DNA of 62,181 nt, filler included, from Sluysia triapertura (Eukaryota), in the NCBI GenBank assembly GCA_046118255.1. It is 5 parts of 5 records of this genome, joined end to end, with 100 filler letters (N's around TTAATTAATTAA, not from the genome) between each part and the next. Parts side by side here need not be neighbours in the genome. Positions count along the whole stretch, not along the records: positions 11,854 to 27,272 come from JBJNIA010228790.1; positions 27,373 to 38,957 come from JBJNIA010183135.1; 3 more parts are not named here. The stretch is one strand, 5' to 3'. Below the pieces are notes generated by a model. That model ran no database searches. It was not told the origin of the DNA and saw nothing but the letters and a program-made list of their open reading frames with translations. Shown here one piece after another: positions 13,915 through 27,519 of the stretch. A program made the translations under genes and the position numbers. Position 1 is the stretch's first letter; each line of letters starts with the position of its first letter.

Positions 13915-14556
13915 CGATTGTTAGGAGAAAAATGGACTGAAGATGGATCAGCTGTTCGAGTACTCTGTTTCAGGGGGTCTTGGCCTTGATTTGCTGCTGC
14001 TGCCAACGTTATTTTATTTTTACTCTGCTTGATCCGATCTTTTTTCTATGTATGTCTGAGATGTAAGTGTGTGCATGATGTATTTTTCTTGTAGTCCAAA
14101 TATTTTTTATAATTTTTATCCTCTTTATTCTGTTGTTGTTGTCGTTGTCGTGCCATCTCTTTTCTCTCACGTCGAAAAAATAAGGATCTTTGGCTGTATG
14201 AAGATGAAATAGAGTCATTCTTCACTTGTCTTCGCTGCCCAGATATCGCTTCCTTATCAAACCTTATCAAACGTTCCATTCTTGGATATCTCCCGGGCTG
14301 CCCTACGATTTGTGCAAATCTGAATCACTTTTCTTTAATTGTCATTGACATCAATAATGGATCTTCCTACGTCATTGACCATCTACGTCGCAAAAACAAT
14401 CAAGCTACCAATGCGGTAGGGAAAGGGCTTTCAAAGCGCATCTGTTTTCTTCTTGACATTAAGGGCATTACGTTTCTCGCAGTCACCTTTCCCCTTTAAG
14501 CTGCAGAGTAATTCCTGTGACCGCGGAGTTATGGTTTGTGGGTATCTGGAGGCCTA
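13915..14556 (+). pseudogene. Ulp1/C48-like cysteine protease domain 1 of the retroelement
   Basis: LGEKWTED...; then NLNHFSLIVIDINNGSSYVIDHL (catalytic H and D); then, after a frameshift, QSNSCDRGVMVC (QxNxxDCG with C>R, one base change). Confidence 0.75.
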
Positions 14557-16249
14557 GCTTTGCGCCGCTCCCTTATGGACAAAGATCCGCGAGCAATTCG
14601 CTGCTTCTTGAGGCTGGAACCTAATTTCTCTAAAAAGTCAATCAAATCTGGTCCTGAGGGTTTCCAATCAACGGCCCGACAGGTTAATCAAAAGACTCGC
14701 TTGTCCCAGAGAACAAAAATATGGCTGCCGCAACAGTCCGACGTATCGCTCCACCTAAGACGGATTATCAACCTCTACCAAAAGCAATTATTCAACGATG
14801 GACCAACATTAAGCCTACATTCACCCAAGCTGTTAAACATACGATTACAGCGCAAACATCGAACAAACTCGTGATCCTAAGTGTACGAATATTAAAGTAT
14901 CGGGACCTCAGACTGCGAACACCCCAATCCCTAGGATAACTAGGAATACCAGGGCGACAACTTCTGAACCTAAGCCGCCTAACCCTACTAATAACATAGG
15001 TCATAAGAATTCTGCTCAGCCTAAGACTGCGACTGTTAAAATATCGAATCCTAAAGTCTCTGGACCTAGGAACAAAAATGCATGTAAAGTTCTTTTCTAA
15101 AAAAGTGACTGGAAGAAAAAACCATTTCGATACAATAATCTTCAAGTCACACTGGTCCCTATTACTAACCCTCCTATGGTGGTACGCGCGACCACCGCCT
15201 ACATAACAAAGGGTTTATCCACCCATAACCCGATAATTACCATTGATGGAGATGCATTCTTCGGTGTAAAACTGAATGTTATTGAACCTAGACCTATCCC
15301 TCTTATTGGTGACGAACCTACGTTGTCTAGTGCTGAATTGTATTCTGAGACTCCTGTGGCAATTCCGCTTGAGATAGCCATCCCTAACCCTAATGTTAAT
15401 CATAATTCTACAACCTACTTCTGTGGCGCACCACCTCAACCTATCAGTACCATTCTAATCCATTCTAATAACTTAACTACTACTGCTGCTAATGTATCGA
15501 TCTTGAACGGCACACCTCTTATGATGCCCGAGAACGATCCAACTGATTCTACCTCTGAACTTCCTCCAACCGCCACCATTATTCCGCCTCAAACAATTTC
15601 TTCTGAACATACTGAGACCTATGAAATTATTAGTCTTCACAATGAATCTATCTCCGTGACCCCTCTTCACATTGCTCCTGCTGAACTCTCTGTTACTTCT
15701 ACTTTCGAAAATGGTATTGATCTTGATGATTGTACCACCTATATTTCTTCAACTTCCTGCGATAAGTTGCATGATAATGCTCTCTCCTAAGGGATACATT
15801 AAAAAATGTTCTCTACTTGACTGCAATATGAAAGGTCTTACTATTAAGAACCGCTCTGATTTCAAGGAAGTATGTAGGCATTTTACTACCAAAATCCAGT
15901 TCACCACCACCTTGAGTAATCTTAAAGTAAGCAATCAAGACATGGAAAGAGTTTACCATGACCCACATTGAACATACTAATGTCCTTAATAGTGACATTC
16001 GTGGTGCGGATAAAAAAGTCACCGTCCTATCCCTTATACCTCAAGGACATACGCAGATCCTGTACACGGTCTCATCTCCTACCACTGTTAGGTGTACTTC
16101 CTGCGAGATTGCGGTAGCCTTACGTGTCACCAACTTAAGAGGCATTGTTAAGTCATTGTTAAGTGCTCCTGTTCCCTTCTTTTTGATAGTCTGGTTTCTC
16201 TCTCTTACTCGAACTAGTAAGGACCTTGATTCCACCCACCGGTCAGATT

Positions 16250-16700
16250 AACTATCCCTGAACGCGATCATGACTTTCTTTGATGCATACATTTCTGACT
16301 CAGTAGTAATTGATTCCATCATAGCCAACTTCTCAATGTTCAATAATGAACAAGCATTTTACAATAATTTCCCCCAACCGAAATGCTCAAGTTGGAAACA
16401 TTTCTATTGGATTTTTAATATTGAGAATTATTGGATTCATCTTATTTTCAATAGAGATTCTAACTTCTACTGCATCATTGACCCATTATGCTCTTCTCCA
16501 CGTCACATGTCCCTTTTATGTGACTTTCTTAAAAATGTTATGATCGCACACATTAGACTACCAGTGTACCCAGCTAAACAAGATTTTGTATATAAAGTCA
16601 TTCCCTATCCAAATTGGTCCTACTTATTACAGTCCCTTTATTTGTGACATTGCCTTGCAATATAAGCTCAGTCCCGATGTACTAATGTTTTCCCAACCTG
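16250..16700 (+). pseudogene. Ulp1/C48-like cysteine protease domain 2 (degenerate)
   Basis: WIFNIENYWIHLIFNRDSNFYCIIDPL (NHW...IDPL pattern), then in a shifted frame QIGPTYYSPFIC (QxxxxDCGxF-like). Confidence 0.55.
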
Positions 16701-18349
16701 ATATCGATGCTACAATGGAAATACTTTATAATATTGATGCTTACTATATTAAACTTCCATCTGACACCAAAAATAAAACACTCACATCCTTCTCTTGAGT
16801 TCATTTGCAATAAAGGAAGTCTTTTCGGAATTCTGTGATTTAATACATAGGTTGTTTCCACCCAAATTCCCCAACACCCTGTGTCAATTTAAAAACGAGG
16901 AAATAAAGAATGAACTGGGTAAAATCTTCCAGCAAAATCAATAAGGCATTCAAATTAATAACTGGTACTGCCTGTCCCCCAGTTACACCTTCAGATATTG
17001 AAATTTGCGATTACTACAGTTCTGGTACTGTTCCTCCTTTTGACCCATCACAACTTGGTACATTTCCTTAACCTTTTTGACATATAAACTAACGATCCAA
17101 TCTCTGAATGAAAGAAATCTCGGCTACTTTGAAATTTTGTAAAAATTCCGCTCCTGAAACAAACAAAATCACGTTTGAACATATTAAAAACGTTGATCCA
17201 TCAGGTAAATTTCTATGCCTCTTTTTTAATAAAATTATTTCTAACCAAAAAATACCGCGAGCCTGAAAGAACTTTATTACCATTCTTATAATAAAACGTA
17301 ATAAATTTCACCTTGTGCATGAGGTCTCTCTCGGCGGCCTATTGCTATACTTGATTTCACATATCGCATTTTACCAAGATAATTAATGACCGTTTTCTCT
17401 TCTGGATACATGCTGGAAACTTTATCAGTGCTCATCAGGCTGCGCTTCTACGTTCTGATGGTTGCACGGAGCATAACTTCCTGTTGCATTCATACAGGAA
17501 ATTATTACTTTCCTAAATCACAAAAAGGCTAGGAAGATTGAGCTCCATGTTATATTCCTTGACTAACCAATGCTTTTGGTTCTATCCCCTACCAACTGAT
17601 CTGGCATACTCTATCACTCATGGGTCTGTACCAACAACCCTTAATCTTTTTAGGGACCTATATGAGGATAGCAGTACATGTTACAAATGCAATAACCTCA
17701 CTACTGATCCTGTTCCAATTAGATATGACTCTTTCTGTTTCGCCATTGATTACTTATTTCGTAGGTTCACTTTCACGGAAGATTACATCTCAATTAGTGG
17801 AATATCATTTCCCCATTATCTTGCCTATGAAGGTGATATTGCATTTATTGATATTTCGCATAAACACCTCCAGCAGATACTCAACTACATCGTAGAACAT
17901 GCTAAATCTGACATGGTTGACCAAAATTCGACAATCTATCTTCAATTTGCGCCGAAAATACCGAATCGATTAATACAAATGTGCATACATTATAGAATTA
18001 TTAATCAATAAATGCAAATTATATATAAACTACAAATTGTTAATACGCACATTATTATAAATTTTTAAAATAATATTTTAATATTTTGGTCATAAACAAT
18101 ATAATTTTGGAATTTATTTAAAAGTAAGTGTTATTTTAATTTAAATATTACTTTAATTTTTTAATTTAATTTTAATTTATAATTTAATTATTAATATTAC
18201 AATTATTATAGTTTGTCACAATGTTATTATAATGCCAAATTTTTAATTTTGTTTTATTTTGTCAAATTTGTTAATAAAATCAAGGTCAACAGACCCAATA
18301 TAAATACTAGAAACATTCTGATATATGACACTCTCAAAATAAACAGTTG

Positions 18350-19000
18350 TGACATCATTTTAAAGTCTAGGATTTTTCTTACGAAGTTTATATTCGGCTA
18401 GGTACCAAAGACAAAAGATTAAAAAGGATCTTTCAAAAATGATATATATATTTGTAGAAATCGTTAGTTTTTTGTTTTTAAGTTATTTCGCAGTTTTTCA
18501 CGCTGCTTCGCTAAATTGGTACTGAAACTTTTATTTAATATTAAATACCTATCATTTAACGATAGCTCATTAAAATTTTATTCTAAAATTCCTAACTCAT
18601 TAGATTATTTATTAAAATAATCATTATTAAAATTCTGTATATATATATATATATATATATTGTATTATAATTTTTATCCAGTTGTTCATAATAAATAGAC
18701 AATTATTTTTAATATTTTTATTTAAAATCATAAAAAGAAAAGGTTCAATTTAAGAACCTAATCAAAATTATTAACTGGTTCAAAGTAAGAACCATATTAA
18801 AATCTTCATAAAATAAAACCTCTAAAATTCTTCACTAAGTAGATACTGAGACATAGGAAATTTTAACGCTACACCTCTAGTCATCTTAATTAGTTTTGTT
18901 CATAAAATCCAACGGTTGGCCCTAACAGATAAGTCCAATACGTTGGTGGACTCACGTTAATCTTTATTTATTCTGTCACTCACGCTTTTCTTACAACTTT
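18350..19000 (+). repeat. Dispersed repeat family C with hairpin cluster (copy 1)
   Basis: Colinear matches with 59080-59800: ATCGTTAGTTTTTT, GATAGCTCATTAAAAT, AAAGGTTCAATTTAAGAACC, CTGGTTCAAAGTAAGAACCATATTAAAATCT, AAAATCCAACGGTTGGCC, AAGTCCAATACGTTGGTGGACTCA. Confidence 0.85.
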
Positions 19001-20619
19001 TTAAAAATAGATTGCTTAAGAACTTTATAAACTTAAGAAAAACTTAGAAATTTGAAACAGTGCACTCAAAATAAGAAAAAATGGAACTTAGCCATGAAAG
19101 TAAATGCAGACTAAACATGAAAGCCAAAAAATTGCGAAACGTGAATTACGAACACAACGTATGTAAATATAGGTATTATAATGTTTGGAGATATAATAGA
19201 AGGTAACAAATAAACAAAAATATGAAAATATGAAAATATTATAAATTGACTATTATGTGTAGAAAATTTGCCACATAACTGCAAAAATATATGGAATAAT
19301 TTTGTAAATAACATATAAATACATTTTTATTAACATTTTAATTTTTTATGTGTATATTTTAATTATAATTTTGTGTGTGATTTTATATATTTTATTAAAA
19401 TAATTTTTTATTATAAAATAAAAAAAAATAATTAATGTAAAAAGTAAATAAAAAGAATTAATTGAAATAACTAAAATTATTAATAGATAATAAATAATAA
19501 TTAATTTATAATTTTAAATTTTATTAATTCATAATAATTTTTATTTTTATTTTATCTTGTTTAACTAAATTAAATTCCAAGAACAGGTAAGACGGCGATC
19601 TGAAATCTTAAAATTAATTTAAGTAGGACAAATTTTTAATAGAAAACACACTCAACAGAAAAGAAAATTTTGGTAGAAGATAAATTCAAATATTTAGGCA
19701 AATATCTAATATCCATGCATAAGTAATTCTTTGTTTATTAAGTTTCTTCCACCTTATAGAAACATTAAAGGTGTAAAATCTAGTAAAATAATTTTATTTT
19801 GTCTAGGCCATAACTGGCTAAATCAATTTTTATCTAAACTTGAATAGTTACCTTTTGTTGTTATAAGCGTATATTTTAACCATTTTACATTAATAAATCT
19901 TGACTAATTTTATTGTGTAAAAACTAGACCGTATCAGGCTAGTTCAAATTCTTAAAACCATTTACTAAAAGATACTAGACAGTACAAAGGCTACTTAAAA
20001 CTATATTGTAATTCTATATTGTAAAACTATATTTTGTAATTAATAAAATTAAACAGCATACTTGATTAGTAAAATATTAAAATATTTTACGATAGAAGTA
20101 AGACAGTCAAAATGTTCACATTCACTCACATTAAAGTAATTCTTACATTTTTTGCAATTTGATTCAAAATCCTAATAATACGTCTTCCACGTTGATATAA
20201 ACCGTGTATATTAGGTGGACTCGACTTTCAGATTTTTTGTAAGTGTAAGTTTTTGCTTTCCAATAAAACACTTGCAATTTGAAGTAATACAGAAGACATA
20301 AGAATACTTTTTAAAATATTTCATGACATTTTATTGTGAAACAACTGGTATTTGAAATATTATTTCGAGACTCATTATTCTACATGCCATAATACCGTAA
20401 CATTAAGGTATTCCATCAGAATATCTATATTTAACACTTTTATTATCAATATGATAAACATTAACCTCAATACACAACAATTAAAAACAAATTAACAATT
20501 AAATATCAACTAAATCTAACACAAGAATTAAAAATTTAACAAATTACGTAAAACAACCAAAATATGCTTTAACTTTCTGGAATTTTATAACTAAATAACT
20601 TTTTTCACAAGATACCAAC

Positions 20620-21720
20620 TGTAGTGGCCAACCCCTTAACTCAATAATAAAACAAAATTTCATCACATCAAACAACACCACTTATCACACCCTTCAAACA
20701 TAAAACACACTCAACTCATTCCATAAACAATAAAATACAATCTTAACACTTCACCAAAATTACATCTCATAATAAATTAATTTACACCCGAACATCTCCA
20801 ACTCACCAAACTCCCACACTCATTTCAACAGCTTAAAACACTCACTCACTAAACACCTTATCAAAATTCACAACATCAATTCATCAAACACTTCATCAAC
20901 CAACTCACAACCACCACATAAACCTTACGAAGCATAAACACAAGAACACTCAAATCATACTTATAACCATTTCAGAAACAAAGACTATCAAACCTAAAAC
21001 AAGAAGCAATAATAACATTCAAGATCCACTCCACACAATCATACCCATCATCTTTAATCATTCTAAAAACACATATACAAAATTATTTCGCAACAACCTT
21101 CTCATTTTATGCCTTCCAATATGTAGAAAATACAAAGATAGACAAGATCGTGTAAAAGAGTTGAAAGGATATTAAAGTACTTATGCATTTTATTATTTTA
21201 TATTATCATCATTCTATTATTATCATTATTTCCATCATTCTTATCATCATTGTCATTTTCTTCATTATTATTCTTATTATTTCAGTATTACAACTATGAT
21301 TCTTTATTATTTCTTTATTATTATTATTATTATTTAAGTAACTAATATTATTATTATCAATTTTATCATTACTATCAATTACTATAAAGTACTTTATTAT
21401 TATTTATTATTATTATACATTAGTATCAATCATTATTATCATTATCATCAATCTTAGTAGTATTCATATGTATTACGTAATAATTATTACGTGAATACTA
21501 GTATACATCGAATTTTCAATTTGTCATGGCAGTCAGCGAAGCTATCAGTGTGTGTGATGGGCTGATGGTGCACAGCAATCAGCCAATAATAATGCAACAA
21601 TCAATAATCATCAGCATGATTGTAAAACAATCAATCAGCCAATGGTGAATGCGTGTATCCATAGACTAAAACTGGAGATCAGCCTTATGATTGGCGATTA
21701 AAAAATTTAATATGGCACAC
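20620..21720 (+). mobile_element. LTR-like terminal region of the cargo-carrying element family (copy 2)
   Basis: Starts TGTAGTGGCCAACCCCTTAA at 20620, followed by a CA-rich tract to ~21120, (ATT/ATC)n, and a block with AATCAGCCAAT x2, GTCAGC and TGATTGGC at 21520-21700. Confidence 0.65.
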
Positions 21721-24700
21721 AAACAATTAGACAATAAGTAAGCAGTGAAGATAATAATTACGCACACAACTAAAAAATCAAGTTCAGTGTACCAATCAAA
21801 ATCAAAATGTGATGTGTTGTTTTGATGTGTTTATTTACAATATTTACCATAAATAAACTTTAACCGAATGACGCAACTAATAAAGATCAAACAAAAAACA
21901 ACACTTGCCATGTAATACAACAACCAAAAAATATTTACACAACAATTATAATAATCACAAGGTTATTGACACTAACATTTACTCATGGCTACAATCTAAA
22001 ATTTAACATTGTTATTAAATTTATTGTTGTTATATTACTGTTTGTTATTATTGTATGCATTTATGTAAAAGATATCCCTGTGTATATGTATCTACAACTA
22101 AGCTTCCTTGAGTTATTACTTTTTATTATTATTTATTACTATTTTTATTAATAATAAAGGTAAGGTATTTTTTATTAATTGTATTATTACTTACAATAAT
22201 TTATTATTATAATTATAACTATTATTACGATTATTATTTGTCAATTAATGAAAAATCAAAAATAACATTAGTGATAAATAAAATCAATCTTTAATAATAG
22301 TGATAATAAAAATCTTTATTATAATATAATCATAAAGTAAATCATAAAGTAAAAGTTACAAATAGATAATGCTCGAACTAATTACTCTTTGATAACACTA
22401 ATAGTATTTAATGATGACTTGTGCGTGAAGTCTGAATATGATAGTGATTCTTGTAATGAAAAAACCTATACTAAAATTAATGACGATAAAACACTGAATC
22501 ATTTTAGTTATACTGCAAGGACGTATAATAAAGTTCAAAACATTCACCCACTTCAAATCAATAGTTATTCACTAAATCACAATCATTCCTCATTCTTCTA
22601 TCATCACAGTCACTTAAATTATTAACAAATGATAAAATTTTATTTTATCGTAATTTTTTAATTTTATTTTTTTAATTTTTTTATTTTAATTTTTACTCTT
22701 GATAATTAATAAATTAATAATTAATAATTAATAATTGATAATTAATAAATTCTTGTGAATTAGGTAACTACATTTTCAACAAAATCGCAAGAGATAGTTG
22801 TAAAGATTCAAATCAAAGATTTATTATGGTGGTAAAATGTTTAGATATGTTTTATTAATGTTCAGAGGCGATTAGAATCGACAGAATATCAATATAAATG
22901 AATTACTTTAAATTTTGTTAAATTTTACATCGTTAATAATGATTTAAATATTATTATTACCTCTCAAACAATATTAAGTATAAAAACAATTACAAAAACA
23001 TGGTTTAAACTTGTTAGATTTCTTTTCTGTTACATGTTTTATGAAATTAATTTTCCTTTTTTATATTGTTCACTATTATTTTAATTATCGTTTAATAATC
23101 CCTATAAAATTTGAATCATTGTTTTATTAGGCTATAAATTTTGTTTCCTTAAGGTGTTAGAGAATGTAAAGTTAAATAAATAGATATTTGATATAGGAAC
23201 TTCTAATTGAGCTTCTGCAGATAATCATGAATATTTCTTTGAAGCATTACCAAACATCCAAACAAACTTAACTTATTCAAATGAATATCCTAACCGATTA
23301 GTCTCCAAAAGAACATTTCCAAAATATTTAAAATTTAAAATTTAAAAATACTATGTCACACTACTGATAGTCTTAATCTTTAAGTTTTCTGGATCTTGGA
23401 GAAGATTTCCATATTACCATAGAGTCACAGAAGAATTCTTATAACAAAATATTCATTGATCAAACATCATTTACTTGGAATGTTGCACTAAATTAAAAAA
23501 AAGAATTTTATTTACTTTAAATTATCATTTTTTTCAACGTCTCTATGCTATACCGATTAATGATCATAAAGAAAATTTAGCGACAATGAAGGATAATGCA
23601 TAAAAGTTTAGGTTATTATCCAAATTTGGAGTGATCATTTGATTCATTGTTTTGAGAAAAGCTGGTATCGAATACGTGATTATTCGACGAATGATTTAAA
23701 TTTAAAAATCCGTCAAAAAAAGCTAAATTTTGATGTTTTTGACGTTATTTTTTTATTAAATATACTAACAAAATTATGTGACTTGGTTTGGAGACTATAA
23801 ATCCGGAAAATGTTTTTAATACAATCTATAGGCTTTTCAAAGCACAAGTAACAATCAATAATCATAAAAATAAAACTTGTGCTACCTTTAGTTTGTGTAA
23901 AAAAATTAAGATAAACATAATTTTATTTTATTTATAAATTATAAATTCAAAATCAATATTTAATTTATAGGAACAAGGCTATTTATGTTTATATTAGAAT
24001 TTTAAATAGTTATTTAAATTTGGTAAACATTTCATAGAGACATTTTCGTATATTTTATATTTAAAATATATTTTTCTTGTAATCAATACTTATTAAGGTC
24101 TATAATAAATATGGATCAGAAAGATGAATCATAAAGATGATGTTAAAAGTAAAATGTAACATCTATATTTATAAATATATAGCTTTATCAAATGGTAATA
24201 TCAATTAAATATTTAACGAGCTCAATATAACCAATAATTTTGACAAAAGTCAATCAATTTGACATTTTATTGTTATTTTTATAATATTTTCTAAATACTT
24301 TATTATTGGTAATTATATATTAAGTTTATATTTCATAGATAATCTTATTGACACGAATAGGTGTTTATAAATATTGAATTTTATAATTTTATTGATTTTA
24401 TATTACCAATTTCCTTTTAATTTCAATTTCATAATAATATTCAAAATAAAATTAAATAATTTCCATATTTTGTTCTATTAAAAAAATTAACTTTAATTTT
24501 AATTTTTAATATTGAATTCTTACAAGAAATTTATTATATTTACAATTTTTTATTTCCATTAGGAGCTAAATATTTGAAATTGGTTATTGCTATATAGTAA
24601 TAAAAATTATATCCAATATCAATATAACAAACATATATCAAACAGATATCAGTATTCTAGAATCATGTTATTTTATGAATTTTTAGTGCCACATATTATG

Positions 24701-25465
24701 TGAAATCACAAATAAAGAAGATTATTTATTTTCTTTGAAGAGGTTTGTTTGATGTTTCACAATTTTAAATATCCATTTTCTTTATAATTCTTAATTCATT
24801 GGTATGTTAAAGTTTATTTTATAATATTGAGGGTATTCGTGGTAGTATTCCCAATATTATTTTATTTCTTTTACTGTTGCATTATGCTCCAAATTCCCTA
24901 CCATGAATACATTTAGCATCATCTTTGAATCTAACGTTTTCAAAATTTACATACACGTACCCCAAATTTGTGCACTTCGTGTTTACATATTTCGTTTTTA
25001 GGAATACCTACGTTTATGCTTCTTTTACTCTCAAACTTGACACTTCTCGTATTTTTTGCCACTTTAATGCGTCGTTTTATATTTATATCAAGTTTTTTTT
25101 CGTATTTATTCTTATACTCAATATTCAGCTTTATATATGCGCAAATATCTTGTTTATGTTTATATCAGATTTTAGCTTTACTTTTAGTCCGTATCTTAAT
25201 TTCAATATCAACTTCGACTTTAATTCTACACTTCTTAAACTTAATATTAAATTTAATTATAAATTCGTTTTCATCATCTTTAGTTTCATCTTTAATTTTG
25301 ATTTATTCTACATTTAATTTAATTTTAACTTTTCGTTTATTATTTTTAACTTTATTTTGAATCACACATTTATATTCGAATTACAATAATAACATTTAAT
25401 CAAATGTAATTTGAAAACGTAAAAGAAAAAGAGACGCAAAATTTTTGGGAATAACATTTAACAAT

Positions 25466-26960
25466 TTAATAAATAACCAATTTTACTATTAAATTTAGTT
25501 GTGTTCGTGAAACTTCAAACTTCATGGTTGGCTGCGCAGGTTCGTTATCTAGTAATCTCGAATCTAAGATAATACTCGTTCCTTTTTGAGTTCGTGCATC
25601 AGCAATTGAATTTTCTCTGCATTCCATATATGGGTATATGTTATGTTTAAATGTTTTGTGTATATTGTTTATACATCGTGATTTGTCAGAGATGGTCTTG
25701 CCTCTAGTCTCGTTAAATATGAAGAGGGCAAATCTTCCATTTATTAAGTAATCTGTAATTTGTATACAAATAATTCTATTGTCTACGAGTAATAAAGAAT
25801 TTATTACTTTTAAAATTCTCATGTATGTGAATATTAGCCTAAATACAATTTTAAGAATGAAAGCTTTGTAGTTATGTTCAATATACATCTCATTAGTATT
25901 AGTTGTAGTCTTCGCTACTTTAATTACAACCTTTAATTTAGAAATGTAGAAGATCAATGATTTATCGTAAACATTTTCAAATTTTGCATTATTAAAGTAA
26001 AATATATAAAAATAACAAAGATAATTATTTATTGGTGTTCTAAATAAAAAGATGGTATTAAAAATCGTTTTAAGTTTTGTAAAATTTTCTGTACACTCTG
26101 CCTCGTTCCAAGTTCCAGTTTCACTAAATTCTAGCTTGTCAGAACTATAATAAATAATATATAAATACATGTTAAAATAAGTGGAATAATAAAAATTTAA
26201 TGTGAAAACATTACCTTGCCCTAACCCGGAATGATTGCATCTGTGCATACTTGAATTGAAGAACAGAATTAACAGGAACAACTCCGCATCGTTAGTGTAA
26301 TTTAATAAATTAATTTCTTTACATCTATGAAGTTGTGTTGTAGTTATATCATAATTGTGTAATGCATCGTCTTTACGTGTAAAAAGTTGTCTTTTCATTA
26401 TTCGGGAAGTATATAAAAACATTACACTAAATGTATCATCTTTACATGTATAAAATTGTTTTTTGATTATTTGTGAACATCTAATAACATTACGCTAACT
26501 GTATCATCTCTAGATGTATAAAATTGTCTTTTAATCATTTCATGAATATCTAATAATATTACACTAAATGTATCATTTTTACGTGTACTAAACTGTCTTT
26601 TCATTATTTCAGAAACATCTAATAACATCAGACTAAAAACATCATCTTTATGTATACGAAATTGGCTTTTAATTACTTTATAAACATCTACTAACATCAG
26701 ACTAAAAACATCATTTTCATATATACAAGGTTGTCTTTTAATTATTTTATAAACATCAAATGGGATCACACTAAAAGCATCATCTTTACGCGAACATGGT
26801 TGTCCTTTCATTATTTGAGAAACATTTAATAACATTACACTAAATGTATTATCTTTACATGTATAAAATTGTCTTTCGATCATTTCGTGAACATTTGACA
26901 ACATTACGCTAAATGTATTATCTTTACATGTATAAAATTGTGTTTTGGATCATTTAGAGT
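25466..26960 (-). pseudogene. Intronless cargo gene of unknown family with N-terminal 23-aa tandem repeats; split by a frameshift (ORFs 26467..26904 and 25466..26422)
   Basis: The repeat FSVMLLDVxExxKRQFxTxKDDx continues into the start of the 318-aa ORF. The gene lies immediately downstream of the family promoter block at 27100-27272. Confidence 0.55.
26360..26955. repeat. 69-bp tandem repeat, ~8 units
   Basis: Recurring AACATTAC(A/G)CTAAATGTAT(C/T)ATCTTTACATGTATAAAATTGT, with a period of 23 codons. Confidence 0.9.
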
Positions 26961-27099
26961 TTACCACTTTATAAAAATTAATGATCATAAAAATTCTGTA
27001 CAGGTTAACAGTAATAATAAACTGTGATTTTTATTGTGACTACCAACCGTATTCTATTTTTGTTCTAATTTTAGCTCTACCCAATTATGTTAGTAAATT

Positions 27100-27272
27100 G
27101 TGAATTAAAAAAATGATGACTTTGATTGGATAGAGTATTGGTAAAATGTTGATGACTGGTTATTGATTAATAAATGAAAAAGACTGATGGCTGACCACCA
27201 TCAAGACTGACAGGTCAATGTTAACATGAAATTGGCTGGCAGCATTGGTGGCAGCAACCAGTGCTATCATCA
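27100..27272 (-). promoter_or_regulatory. CCAAT/TGACAG-rich promoter-like block of the cargo element family (copy 3, cut by the scaffold end)
   Basis: TGGCAGCAACCAGT and CTGACAG-(G)TC(C)AATG are shared with 670-735; several ATTGG boxes. Confidence 0.55.
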
Positions 27273-27372
27273 NNNNNNNNNNNNNNNNNNNNNNNNNNNN
27301 NNNNNNNNNNNNNNNNTTAATTAATTAANNNNNNNNNNNNNNNNNNNNNNNNNNNNNNNNNNNNNNNNNNNN
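27273..27372. other. Artificial scaffold linker
   Basis: N44-TTAATTAATTAA-N44. Confidence 0.97.
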
Positions 27373-27398
27373 CTGAGCTATCAGCCCCGTCTAACAAT
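27373..27398 (-). mobile_element. 5' end of a tRNA-derived SINE (truncated by the scaffold end)
   Basis: TGAGCTATCAGCCCCGTCTAACAAT is nearly identical to 41758-41783. Confidence 0.65.
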
Positions 27399-27519
27399 AT
27401 CATTTTCAATATATTCAATTATACTACTTGGCACTTTTTAGGCCTTTTACCCCAACAATATTGTTATATCTTAATGACATTCATTGGCGGTTTCTATATA
27501 TTTTATTATTACTCAGTAA

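Larger units (their letters stand above)
13480..17910 (+). mobile_element. Decayed R2-superfamily non-LTR retrotransposon (NeSL/Utopia-like): acidic tract, Ulp1-like protease 1, Pro/Thr linker, possible Zn-finger relics, Ulp1-like protease 2, RT
   Basis: GC-richer island. RT motifs in order across frameshifts: KNSAPETNKITF (~17145), RPIAI (~17335), HQAALLRSDGCTEHNFLL (~17435), LTNAFGSIP (~17560), FCFAIDYL, HYLAYEGDI (degenerate YADD). Many stops; the QG motif is deleted and no endonuclease C-terminus is seen. Confidence 0.85.

Noticed and set aside
13616-14279. Minus-strand ORFs over the acidic tract
   Set aside because: They are antisense shadows of the plus-strand retroelement ORF.
17910-18011. 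C-terminus of the RT ORF 17538..18011
   Set aside because: RT similarity stops near EHAK and composition changes; this is read-through into unrelated sequence.
26360-26955. CRISPR-like array
   Set aside because: These are contiguous degenerate 69-bp units with no unique spacers, in a eukaryotic context, and they keep a reading frame.
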